From a virus (Duplodnaviria; Caudoviricetes), in the IMG/VR virus record IMGVR_UViG_3300025708_000007, positions 1-64,000 of that record: DNA of 64,000 nucleotides. The stretch is one strand, 5' to 3'. Each line of letters begins with the position of its first letter. The first letter of the stretch is position 1. Shown here piece after piece: positions 9,934 to 19,145 of the stretch. A program made the translations under genes and the position numbers. Below the pieces are notes generated by a model. The model was not told the DNA's origin. It was given only the letters and a program-made list of their open reading frames with translations, and did not search any database.

Positions 9934-11490
9934 TTACAAATTATTTTTTTTGCCTCTTTTCTCTATGGTTTCAATGATTCTCTTCATTTTATTGAGATGT
10001 TCATTGTTTTCATAGGCTGTTACTTCTTTTGCTTCATCAAGTTTCTGCTTTGAAGATGGAGCAACTGAGGCTGCTACTTTATCTTCAATAGCTTCAGTTA
10101 AAGTTTTCTTGCCTTCCTTCATTTCTGAAAGGACTGCTTTGTACTTCTTCTGTGATTCAGCAATACTATCAACCTTTTTAAATTCGTTGATAATCTTAAT
10201 CTTATCTTCTTGAGTTAATGCCAATTCTTCATTTACCAAAAGGTTATTTACATGTGCCAAATTGGTATTGAAAACTGCCATTTCTTTCAATTGTGTGCGA
10301 TACTTTTCAAGTGCCGTCTTATAGCTTTCAATCAAAGTTGTAGCTGACTTTTTGAATTTAATGGTTTCATTAACTTTCTTCGTCAACTTCTTGTTTTCAT
10401 CGATTAAACCCTGAAGTTTTTTCGATTCTTTAATCGCTTCCGGTGACTGGTCTTTTTCGCCCTGACTCAAATATTCTTGTCCCGGCAATACTCTACCCGG
10501 CATTGGTCTCCTTTTTGCATAGGTTACACCATGTGCTTCATCAACTTCCTTTTCTGCACCCAATACTGCTTCAACGTCAGCATCGGTAATTGGAGCTTCT
10601 TCTTGTAAATCAGCAGGACTCATTTCATCCGGCTGCAATTGAAGTTCATCAATTAATTTTTCAGTAGGACCTTGATTGTGTAGAGCATCAATCTGACCAT
10701 CACTACCAAATGTTTCCTGACCTGCAGCATGCATTTCATCAACTGGTTTGAATGAGTTAATCATTTCATCGATTTGATTTCTCATACTTACAAGCTGGTC
10801 GAATGCAACACCTTTATTGCCTTTATCCATATATGAAGGAGAAGAAGGTTCAGTAAAATCGGTAATTCTTTCATCAAGATTTTCCATATTTGCTATTTCT
10901 GCTTCAATCTCATCCATTGTAATGATTTCGTCTTCTTCACCAGCACCTTCTATTGCAGTGCCAACACTATCAACGCTTTGTCCTGTCATGTCAAGGTTTT
11001 CTGTTTGAAGTGGTTTCTGAGCTTTTTTTGCTTTTTCTTTGAATGGGTCGCCATCGCCAACAGTATCTGTAACTTTTACAGTTTCATCAACCATTTTTTC
11101 GCCTTTAGCTTTCTCATCGAATGGGTCGCCATCACCAACGGTATCAATGATTTTTACATCTTCTTCTACCTGTGCCACTTGTTTTGCTTTTTCTCCGAAG
11201 GGTTTACCTTCTCCTGCGGTTTCTTTTACGGCTTTTTTAGCCTCTTTTTCTTGTTTCATAACAGTATCATTATTTGATTCAACGTCATCTTTCGATTCTT
11301 TGCTTTCGTCTATTCTCTTATAAGACTCTTTGGTTGATTTATTTTTATTTAATTCTTCCTTTAATAGTTTATTGAATTTATCGGGAAATTCTTCCGCTAA
11401 TTTCTTCTTAGCATTAGCTTCTGCAGCCTCTCTGATTGCATTATAATCAGTTAAAGCTTCTTTTACTATCGATTTTTTATCGTTTGCCAT
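9934..11490 (-). CDS. prohead core/scaffold protein (gp22-like)
   Basis: acidic coiled-coil protein between protease and MCP; many (I/L/V)xE sites; internal DTVGDGDPF duplication. Confidence 0.7.
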   Translation of the reverse strand: MANDKKSIVKEALTDYNAIREAAEANAKKKLAEEFPDKFNKLLKEELNKNKSTKESYKRIDESKESKDDVESNNDTVMKQEKEAKKAVKETAGEGKPFGEKAKQVAQVEEDVKIIDTVGDGDPFDEKAKGEKMVDETVKVTDTVGDGDPFKEKAKKAQKPLQTENLDMTGQSVDSVGTAIEGAGEEDEIITMDEIEAEIANMENLDERITDFTEPSSPSYMDKGNKGVAFDQLVSMRNQIDEMINSFKPVDEMHAAGQETFGSDGQIDALHNQGPTEKLIDELQLQPDEMSPADLQEEAPITDADVEAVLGAEKEVDEAHGVTYAKRRPMPGRVLPGQEYLSQGEKDQSPEAIKESKKLQGLIDENKKLTKKVNETIKFKKSATTLIESYKTALEKYRTQLKEMAVFNTNLAHVNNLLVNEELALTQEDKIKIINEFKKVDSIAESQKKYKAVLSEMKEGKKTLTEAIEDKVAASVAPSSKQKLDEAKEVTAYENNEHLNKMKRIIETIEKRGKKNNL

Positions 11491-11621
11491 GTTCCTAAAA
11501 TCTCGTGTCTAATACTATAATTTTTATATAAATACATCTTTTTCGCAAAAAAGTATTATTTTTAATAAAATTCTTGCAAATTCAAAATTTTATATTTATA
11601 TTTTGGCACATAGAATCTGTC

Positions 11622-12344
11622 TTATAATAAGAACTTATCTATTGCTTTTATTATCTTACTTTCTTCTTCCTTAATCAATATTCCATTTTTGTTAACATAC
11701 CCTTCTTCAAACTCCAACCCGCTTTGTTCTGGAAATAAATAAGCACCGGGTGTACTTGGTGTAGCAACTAAGTCAAAACCTATTAGTTCAAAATCGTTTT
11801 GAACCATATTTTCACCATTAACCTCTTTAAGTGTGCCAACACCACGTGAGGAAATACCTAATTTAATTTTGTTTTGTAAATAAAGAACAATCTTATCGCC
11901 AATAACCGAAACAACACCATATTTAATATATCCCGGAGATACGATAATTTTAAGCTGACCGAATAGCACATTACTTTGTTCACCCTTACCCCACCACATT
12001 TTCGTAATCATATGGGAGATGTTTTGAAGAGAAATTATTGATGAATCTGGATGGTCTGCTTCAGATACTGCACTATTTGTATCAACCAACTGTTGATATG
12101 ATTGTACTTGAGGAACTAAAACGTCTTTAGGATAAACACGTCCATTCTTATTTTTTACACCCCACTTCTGCAGAATACAGTTAATTAATACGGGTTCGTT
12201 TGGTTTGAGTACAAATCCTTCACTTATCATAGTAGGATTTAAATCAGTATTAACATAGCCAGCATCGTGCTCAATCAAAATTCCAAATCCATATTCACCC
12301 GCTTGCAATATTCTACCTTCACTCAACCTAAATATCTTACTCAT
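11622..12344 (-). CDS. prohead protease (gp21-like)
   Basis: KNKNGRVYP, SEADHP, LGISSRGVG, FDLVATPSTPGAY. Confidence 0.93.
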   Translation of the reverse strand: MSKIFRLSEGRILQAGEYGFGILIEHDAGYVNTDLNPTMISEGFVLKPNEPVLINCILQKWGVKNKNGRVYPKDVLVPQVQSYQQLVDTNSAVSEADHPDSSIISLQNISHMITKMWWGKGEQSNVLFGQLKIIVSPGYIKYGVVSVIGDKIVLYLQNKIKLGISSRGVGTLKEVNGENMVQNDFELIGFDLVATPSTPGAYLFPEQSGLEFEEGYVNKNGILIKEEESKIIKAIDKFLL

Positions 12345-12375
12345 TTTGAACAGTCTTTAATATAAATAGTATTAA

Positions 12376-12540
12376 TTATCGATTTGGTACAGTAATAACT
12401 GCTGGCTTTTCTTCATTACTTTTTTTTATTGGTTCTGATGCACTGATGTTCTCAATGAACATACGTGTTTCCATTTGAATTAGAAGTTTTTTGAGATTTT
12501 CATTAACTTCTTTAAGCTTTTCTATTTTGCCCATTGCCAT
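12376..12540 (-). CDS. 54-aa small protein (below ORF-track cutoff)
   Basis: MAMGKIEKLKEVNENLKKLLIQMETRMFIENIS...; fills the gap between 12555..12968 and the protease. Confidence 0.55.
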   Translation of the reverse strand: MAMGKIEKLKEVNENLKKLLIQMETRMFIENISASEPIKKSNEEKPAVITVPNR

Positions 12541-12554
12541 ATGACTTGAAATTA

Positions 12555-12968
12555 TTATTCGGTTTTATTAAAAGATTCGAGGAATTCGTCAAACTTCTTC
12601 AATATTTTTATCGAATCAGCATGGTCTAATTTTTCCTTCAAATCCAAAAGATTAGATACTCCGTTCAACACATGCAATGTTTCTTTTTCAGATTCAATCC
12701 ATTGACGGGTTCTTTCTTCTTCACGTTTAAGCATTTCCAGTCTCAATCTTTCCAATGTCTCGGCATGTTCTTTCCTGATATTATCAACCCTTGCAAGATA
12801 TTGCTGCTGCAATGTCTTTACTTCAGCAGTTTTTAGCTTTATTGTTTTTATAAAGCTCAGAACTACGATAGCAAACACGATTGCCAATGCGACAAACAAA
12901 TAGAAGAATGCATTGTAATACCAAATTGGATGCTGAATTTGTGCTAATATTGTATATAACATCACCAT
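12555..12968 (-). CDS. membrane-anchored coiled-coil protein
   Basis: TM segment AFFYLFVALAIVFAIVVLSF followed by coiled coil. Confidence 0.7.
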   Translation of the reverse strand: MVMLYTILAQIQHPIWYYNAFFYLFVALAIVFAIVVLSFIKTIKLKTAEVKTLQQQYLARVDNIRKEHAETLERLRLEMLKREEERTRQWIESEKETLHVLNGVSNLLDLKEKLDHADSIKILKKFDEFLESFNKTE

Positions 12969-13042
12969 GAAATTTGTTTTATAATAAATACGAGAAAATA
13001 TCCATTTTTCATTGCAGGGTATTTATATTTAAAATCAACGAA

Positions 13043-16000
13043 ATGGCGAGTAATGTAAATTTAATTGACCCTAACGAAATCAACACCACAAACATGGGTA
13101 ACGATAATGTGAATGCTATTCCACAATATCAGGATATGTATATTTTTGCTGAATTGAAAGCAAAAAGCAAAGCAAGAACAGTTATTGTTACAACAAATGA
13201 TGGTAGCGTTAGTCAGGGAACATTAAAAACCGGACTTGAAAAACCAAGAGAAGTTAATTTAATGGGCGTAAATCAAAATGAGGGTGATAACAATCCGAAT
13301 TATTTGAAATTCACCACCAATTATTATGATGGTAGCACTGGTTCATACACTCAATATGAAAGTTTTGGTATAAGTAATATTAAAATTGTTGTAAATTCCT
13401 CATATGTTCCACAAGTAAACATACAATTCGTTGATTTAAGGGGTTTGTCTTTCTTTAATCAAGAAGGTTCACCTTATAGAATATTATTTGATTTTCCACC
13501 GCCAATTTTTGAATTATCGATTAAAGGATATTATGGAAAAACTCTAAGGTATTTACTCCACTTGGTTAAATACACTTCGGAATTTCAATCAGATACCGGG
13601 AATTTCGTAATTGATGCACAATTTGTCGCCATGACATTTGCTCCATTAAGTGATGTGTTGTTTAGGTATGTAGTTAATGGTGCTTTGATGACAAATCCTC
13701 AAGTTGCAGTATCTCCTTCTACTGAAGCAGCACCTGCAAACACTTTTATGTTAATCACACAGTTAAAAAGCCTATATACTGCAGTTACAGATAAAGTTAA
13801 AACTGACAATGATAGCAAAGAATATGACAGAACGTTGCTAAGATTAAATGAGATTGATAATATGATGAGCATGTTGCAAGGATTCAGAGAAAACCCTGAC
13901 TTGTCAGCATTAGGCACATCATATTTGGTGGTAAAAGAAGCAACACCATCACAATGGGAATCTTTTAATAGCTCTGATGATGCTGAAGAAAATCAACCAA
14001 TAACACAATTAGATATATTATCGGACTATGATGAAAAAATCAAAGCAATTTCAACTGATGCTGTGCCTGAAAAAATGGAAGAAAGACTATATATTATAGT
14101 TCCAGTTCAATACAATTTTGAAAGTTTAGCACCAGCACTGTCTGGGAAAACTATTACAAATCAGCAATATATCAATAATACGAAAACTGCTTTTGAAAAA
14201 TACGCAAAAAAATTAATTGAAAATGCTTCGAATACGCTGGGTATTATAAACACCACTCTCGAACCGACAATATCTAAAGCAGAATTTGACAATTATTATA
14301 GTGTTAAAGATAGAACGATTCTTGAAAAAACCACAAAATATGTGGGTATTGATATTACCGATTTTTATCTAATATTATATAAGGAAAAATTTAATTCAAA
14401 TAAAAGAAGGGTTGACTTGTCAAATATTTTAACCACCAAAATTAACAATATGGTGTTTGAGAGACTTGGTATGATGCCAACCATATATAATATATTTAAA
14501 ATCATTTTGGATGATGTGGATATATTTTTTGAAAGATTAAGAACCGTATCAAAAAAAGCAGAAAATGAACACCATATAAATGAAACTAACAAAAGAATTA
14601 TCTTGGGCGATAGCTATAAAGACGTTACTGATAAAATATATGCATTTCCATTAATTGTCGATACTGAAAAAACAGTTTGTGGTGGAAACAAAGAAGAAAG
14701 AGTAGCACCTATAAGATTAAGCAAAAAAACATTAACTCCTTTTCCTGAAATGGAATTTGTTGATGACTTCATCCAAACATTTTTCACTCAAGCCAGATTA
14801 AATTATCTTGCCAACATGAGAGAAAACCAAAATGATGATGGTACTTATGAGTGGATTCCAATATCACCTTTCGACTCAAAGCTTGGAACAATCAATGCAA
14901 ACAGTCCATATTACGATGTTGATAGTTTAACGTATAGGGTTAATACATCTGAAAGCAGTAAATTGGCACAGGTTTTAGAAATTGCATTGAAAAGATTTTA
15001 TGTATTATCACAAAGTTCAATATCTAATGATTTCTATCCTACCACAACGAATAAAACAGTTAAATTGTCCGAATACGTGAAAATGTATGCCACATCTGAA
15101 GCAATTAATTTAGCATTGTCTGTGGCAAATTCAGATTATGGCGATAATATTAAATCATTTGCTGATAAGTATAGACAAAATGTTGGAGAGTTCTATAAGG
15201 AATTGGAAAAACAAGTGCCAACATGGTACGGCTTTTCTGATGATACTATTATCGCAATTAGTGGTGTAACAGGTGATGAACCAGCATATGTTAATAAAAA
15301 TAATCCTGAGTATCTTGGCATTAATTTATATTATGATGATTTAAAGAAGCAAACAATCAATCAGAATTCTGAAAGACCGATTGATAAATTCAAAGCAGGT
15401 GTTCAAAAAAGTGGCTTTGCTGAATTTTTCAGTGGTCGTGATAAAGAAGTTTACTATCAGTTTACAGAACAAAACACATTATTTATTCTCGATAAAAAAA
15501 TAGATAAAAAGGGCAATGATAAGAGTCAAAATATATTTGATGCTGATGGAAATAATATAATAACCAGATATTTGAGCAGTCCTACATTATTTGAAAGCAT
15601 GAGATACTCGAACACTCCTTATATGACCTACTACGATTATCCTGTATTACTTAGTCAGGGAAACAAACGTTTTGCTTCACTGCCAACAGGTACTGTTAAA
15701 GCCAATTTAAAAAGATTTGAAAGTATTGTAGATGTGTGGTCAGAACAATTATCAAAAAGAATTTATATTAACAACACTTCACAATATTTTGATGATTTAA
15801 TATACGATGATATCATCAAAACACCTTCAAAGTTAAGTGCATTATTTATATTATCCAATTTTGGTAACACATTAGGAGCATTCAACAAATATCCGAGTGA
15901 TTTAAATTCACTGATATTTACAACACCTGCTGCAATTGAAGTTCCGAGATACCTACCACTATATCTTGGTGCGTTAATTGATGCATGTGAAGACAATTGG

Positions 16001-18262
16001 ATTGATGACGTTATACAATATTTTACTGGTGGGACGGGTAAGTATTTCTACGATAGAGCAATTTTAATCTTTTGTGATTATTCTGATGTAAACAAATATC
16101 TTTCAACAAAAGACAAAGCAATTCTTCGTAATGCGTTTCTTGATTATTATAATTTTGGCAGTAATACTGGTGAGTATTATTTGAATCTGGTTCGTTTCCA
16201 ACATTTATATGATGCTGTTAGTGGAAGCACCGGAAATAATAAAGAAAAAATATATAAAAGTCATTTAGACCCGGAAGATAACGCTAATGTTACGAAATAT
16301 TATGGCTCTGTATTAAGACCATTGATTGAAAGAATGAATATAATTGTTTTCAGTCAGGATACGTTTGAAATGTCAACCGATTATCCGACAGCATATAAAT
16401 CAATTAAGTCGCTTAATACAAATACGAGTAAAAAAGCTGTTAATGATGGATATTTCACTAAATTCTTGAATGAACTATTCAACCAAATTGAAAACAAAAA
16501 AGCTGATACGATAAAAAAAGAGAATGAGGATGAAAAGAAAAAGAATGATGAGGATATTATCACACAAACATATTACTCATTTAAAAACATAAATGATAAA
16601 TGGTTAACAAATCCAACTAATTCGAAAGTCTGGGGATATCCGTTTAACAGAAACGACAAGAGATTAATTGATTCATTTGTTTTTGTTGACAGGGCAATGA
16701 ATCCTGCTGGGGATACTATGCTTAATGCTGAAATACTTATAGAATTGCTTGATGACCCAAATATTAGTGTATATAGTGTATTGTCACAATTATTGTCATT
16801 AAATGGTTTTGAATTCTTCCCACTTCAAAACTTTATGATTGGACAGGGTGCATGGGAAGAATGCTTTAAAATTGATACAAGTGGCGTAATTGAAGATAGA
16901 CCTGCGTTTGTGTGCATGTATGTTGGTGGTAGTGCAAATTATCCCACAACAGTCCAAAATGGATTTAAAAATGATGGTATTGAAGACTTAGCAAATACCG
17001 ATGCGACAGATTTTTCAACTGAAGAATGCTCCCCTGACTCGAAAAAAGATAATCAATTGGCTGGGAATGATGAGGGTGAAGATAAATTTCCATATCGTAC
17101 TGTTCGTGCATTTAAAGTAAGGTTTGGGGAACAAAACCAGTCGATGTTTACAAACATAAAAATTGATAGTAAAGAATATCCTGAAACAAATGAATCAATA
17201 CAAATTCTTTCAAGATTGGCTGGTGATAATAAAGAACACGCAATACCGAAGGGACAAAACTTGTATAATCTATATGAAAACAGGTCATATAAAGCAACCA
17301 TAATGGGATTGGGAAATGTTATGATTCAACCGACACAATATTTTCAATTAGAAAATGTGCCATTGTTTAATGGCGCATATATTATATTAAGTGTTGAACA
17401 TGATATTACTGCAAATAAGATGACAACCACATTCTCAGGAACAAAAATATTAAAATACCCTGTTCCGAGAGTAAAAGACCCGTTGGCATTTATGGGTTAT
17501 GATGGCGGTGAATCAAGAATGACCAGCACAAGAGAATTATCATCTGGACAGCTTGTTGCTGCAGCACAAGCAACAACTATGTCTAAAGCAAGATTGGCAC
17601 AATTAAATTCAGTATATGGTGTTGACGTTTCAAAATGGCAAGGCGACCTTGATTGGAATGCACTGGCAAATCCAACATATGAAGATGACCCTAAACCAAA
17701 GTTTGCTTTAATTAAAGTAACTCAGGGTACAACAATTATAGATAAAAAAGCAAGTAAAAATGCAAATGGTGCAAAAGCTGAAGGGTTAAAGATTGGATAT
17801 TATCACTACGCACAGCAATATACTGGAAGTGATATTGTGAACGATGCAAAGGCACAGGCACAATTCTTTTTAAATAATATAGCGACACTGCCAAAACCTG
17901 ATTTTCCACTTGTTTTGGATATTGAAGATAATGAACCACAAAATAAACTTTGGGGTTTGATTAAAACAAACAACGATTTGTGGATTAATACTTTTGTTAG
18001 TGAACTAAAAGCAAATGGATATGATACGATTCTTTATAGCAACAAATATTTCTTCCAAGATAAAACGAGCAATAATTTTGGTTCAATTCCATTGTGGCAT
18101 GCACAATATTTACTCACACCGGAAGTAAGTAATCCAAGTATTGCAAGTGGATGGAATGATTGGAAAATTTGGCAATTTAGTTCTCAGGGCAAGGTTAATG
18201 GATATGGTGGTGATGTGGATATTAACGCCATGAAAGAAAGCTTTTATAATAAATATGCATAA
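13043..18262 (+). CDS. large virion structural protein with C-terminal GH25 muramidase (baseplate-hub/tail-lysin-like)
   Basis: C-terminal YGVDVSKWQG, FALIKVTQG, LVLDIED, WKIWQFSS, GDVDIN; ATG 13043 follows GGTATTTATA at 13018-13027. Confidence 0.8.
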   Translation: MASNVNLIDPNEINTTNMGNDNVNAIPQYQDMYIFAELKAKSKARTVIVTTNDGSVSQGTLKTGLEKPREVNLMGVNQNEGDNNPNYLKFTTNYYDGSTGSYTQYESFGISNIKIVVNSSYVPQVNIQFVDLRGLSFFNQEGSPYRILFDFPPPIFELSIKGYYGKTLRYLLHLVKYTSEFQSDTGNFVIDAQFVAMTFAPLSDVLFRYVVNGALMTNPQVAVSPSTEAAPANTFMLITQLKSLYTAVTDKVKTDNDSKEYDRTLLRLNEIDNMMSMLQGFRENPDLSALGTSYLVVKEATPSQWESFNSSDDAEENQPITQLDILSDYDEKIKAISTDAVPEKMEERLYIIVPVQYNFESLAPALSGKTITNQQYINNTKTAFEKYAKKLIENASNTLGIINTTLEPTISKAEFDNYYSVKDRTILEKTTKYVGIDITDFYLILYKEKFNSNKRRVDLSNILTTKINNMVFERLGMMPTIYNIFKIILDDVDIFFERLRTVSKKAENEHHINETNKRIILGDSYKDVTDKIYAFPLIVDTEKTVCGGNKEERVAPIRLSKKTLTPFPEMEFVDDFIQTFFTQARLNYLANMRENQNDDGTYEWIPISPFDSKLGTINANSPYYDVDSLTYRVNTSESSKLAQVLEIALKRFYVLSQSSISNDFYPTTTNKTVKLSEYVKMYATSEAINLALSVANSDYGDNIKSFADKYRQNVGEFYKELEKQVPTWYGFSDDTIIAISGVTGDEPAYVNKNNPEYLGINLYYDDLKKQTINQNSERPIDKFKAGVQKSGFAEFFSGRDKEVYYQFTEQNTLFILDKKIDKKGNDKSQNIFDADGNNIITRYLSSPTLFESMRYSNTPYMTYYDYPVLLSQGNKRFASLPTGTVKANLKRFESIVDVWSEQLSKRIYINNTSQYFDDLIYDDIIKTPSKLSALFILSNFGNTLGAFNKYPSDLNSLIFTTPAAIEVPRYLPLYLGALIDACEDNWIDDVIQYFTGGTGKYFYDRAILIFCDYSDVNKYLSTKDKAILRNAFLDYYNFGSNTGEYYLNLVRFQHLYDAVSGSTGNNKEKIYKSHLDPEDNANVTKYYGSVLRPLIERMNIIVFSQDTFEMSTDYPTAYKSIKSLNTNTSKKAVNDGYFTKFLNELFNQIENKKADTIKKENEDEKKKNDEDIITQTYYSFKNINDKWLTNPTNSKVWGYPFNRNDKRLIDSFVFVDRAMNPAGDTMLNAEILIELLDDPNISVYSVLSQLLSLNGFEFFPLQNFMIGQGAWEECFKIDTSGVIEDRPAFVCMYVGGSANYPTTVQNGFKNDGIEDLANTDATDFSTEECSPDSKKDNQLAGNDEGEDKFPYRTVRAFKVRFGEQNQSMFTNIKIDSKEYPETNESIQILSRLAGDNKEHAIPKGQNLYNLYENRSYKATIMGLGNVMIQPTQYFQLENVPLFNGAYIILSVEHDITANKMTTTFSGTKILKYPVPRVKDPLAFMGYDGGESRMTSTRELSSGQLVAAAQATTMSKARLAQLNSVYGVDVSKWQGDLDWNALANPTYEDDPKPKFALIKVTQGTTIIDKKASKNANGAKAEGLKIGYYHYAQQYTGSDIVNDAKAQAQFFLNNIATLPKPDFPLVLDIEDNEPQNKLWGLIKTNNDLWINTFVSELKANGYDTILYSNKYFFQDKTSNNFGSIPLWHAQYLLTPEVSNPSIASGWNDWKIWQFSSQGKVNGYGGDVDINAMKESFYNKYA

Positions 18263-18266
18263 AAAG

Positions 18267-18291
18267 AAAATGCCCCGATTGGGGCATTTTT
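18267..18291. terminator. bidirectional intrinsic terminator
   Basis: AAAATGCCCC-GATT-GGGGCATTTTT between convergent genes. Confidence 0.8.
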
Positions 18292-19070
18292 TATAAGAGT
18301 TCTTTTTTCAATTCATAGAGACTTATGATATCATCATCAACTTTTTGTCGATTATACGCCATTTCTTTAATTTTTTGAATAGCTTTTGCGATATTATCTT
18401 TTGTCATGTCTTTGTTTAAACCTTCTAATATTAACAGCGTATCGTTTTTAAAGGTTTCGAGCAAATCTTCTTTTTCTTTATCGTTTGAGTTAATTAATTT
18501 TTGAAGCAAATTCTTATCGTCTTCATTTAAAGATTCGTATTTCTCATTGAATTTATTTACTGCAATTTCAATAACCTCTTCATTTATCATGTTCAAATCA
18601 GCGTCTTCATTAACAATATTTCTTGATGATTTTACATGATTTAAAACAACTGTAAATGATTCGTGAATTGCATCAACATCAATTTTACTATTATCATTTA
18701 ACGACTCAGTGATTAAACGGTCAATAGCTGAATATAACTCAACTCTTTTATCACCAATAGAAAGTTGAGTTTCAGAAACAAACGGTAATAATTTTTCACG
18801 TTCTTTGTCAATTTCTTGAATGGTGTAGACTTCAAATAATTTGATGTTGCTGTCAATGTAGCGAGTAGCAGCCAAATCATCTTCAATGTGTTTGTTTTCA
18901 AGATTGTTAAAAACATTGAATTCAAGCTGCAATATCGGTGAATTTTTCACGACACTGAAAAAATCCTGTGTTGCTTTCTTTGATTCCTCAATTAAAGTAT
19001 TACTAAAATAAGAATCTTTTAATTTGTTTGAAATCATCAAATTAACTATTCCTATATTCATGTTTTTCAT
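18291..19070 (-). CDS. hypothetical helical protein in head module
   Basis: 259-aa ORF downstream of portal; own GTATTTAT motif (rc 19090-19099). Confidence 0.75.
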   Translation of the reverse strand: MKNMNIGIVNLMISNKLKDSYFSNTLIEESKKATQDFFSVVKNSPILQLEFNVFNNLENKHIEDDLAATRYIDSNIKLFEVYTIQEIDKEREKLLPFVSETQLSIGDKRVELYSAIDRLITESLNDNSKIDVDAIHESFTVVLNHVKSSRNIVNEDADLNMINEEVIEIAVNKFNEKYESLNEDDKNLLQKLINSNDKEKEDLLETFKNDTLLILEGLNKDMTKDNIAKAIQKIKEMAYNRQKVDDDIISLYELKKELL

Positions 19071-19145
19071 ATGACTTGGCTCAATTTAATATAAATACTC
19101 TAAATAATTATAAACGTTCTTGTTGTCACATTTCCCAATTCAGAA

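Noticed and set aside
12974-13042. Track start of the large structural gene
   Set aside because: This extension overlaps divergent promoter motifs; ATG at 13043 follows the GTATTTAT motif and is the more plausible start.
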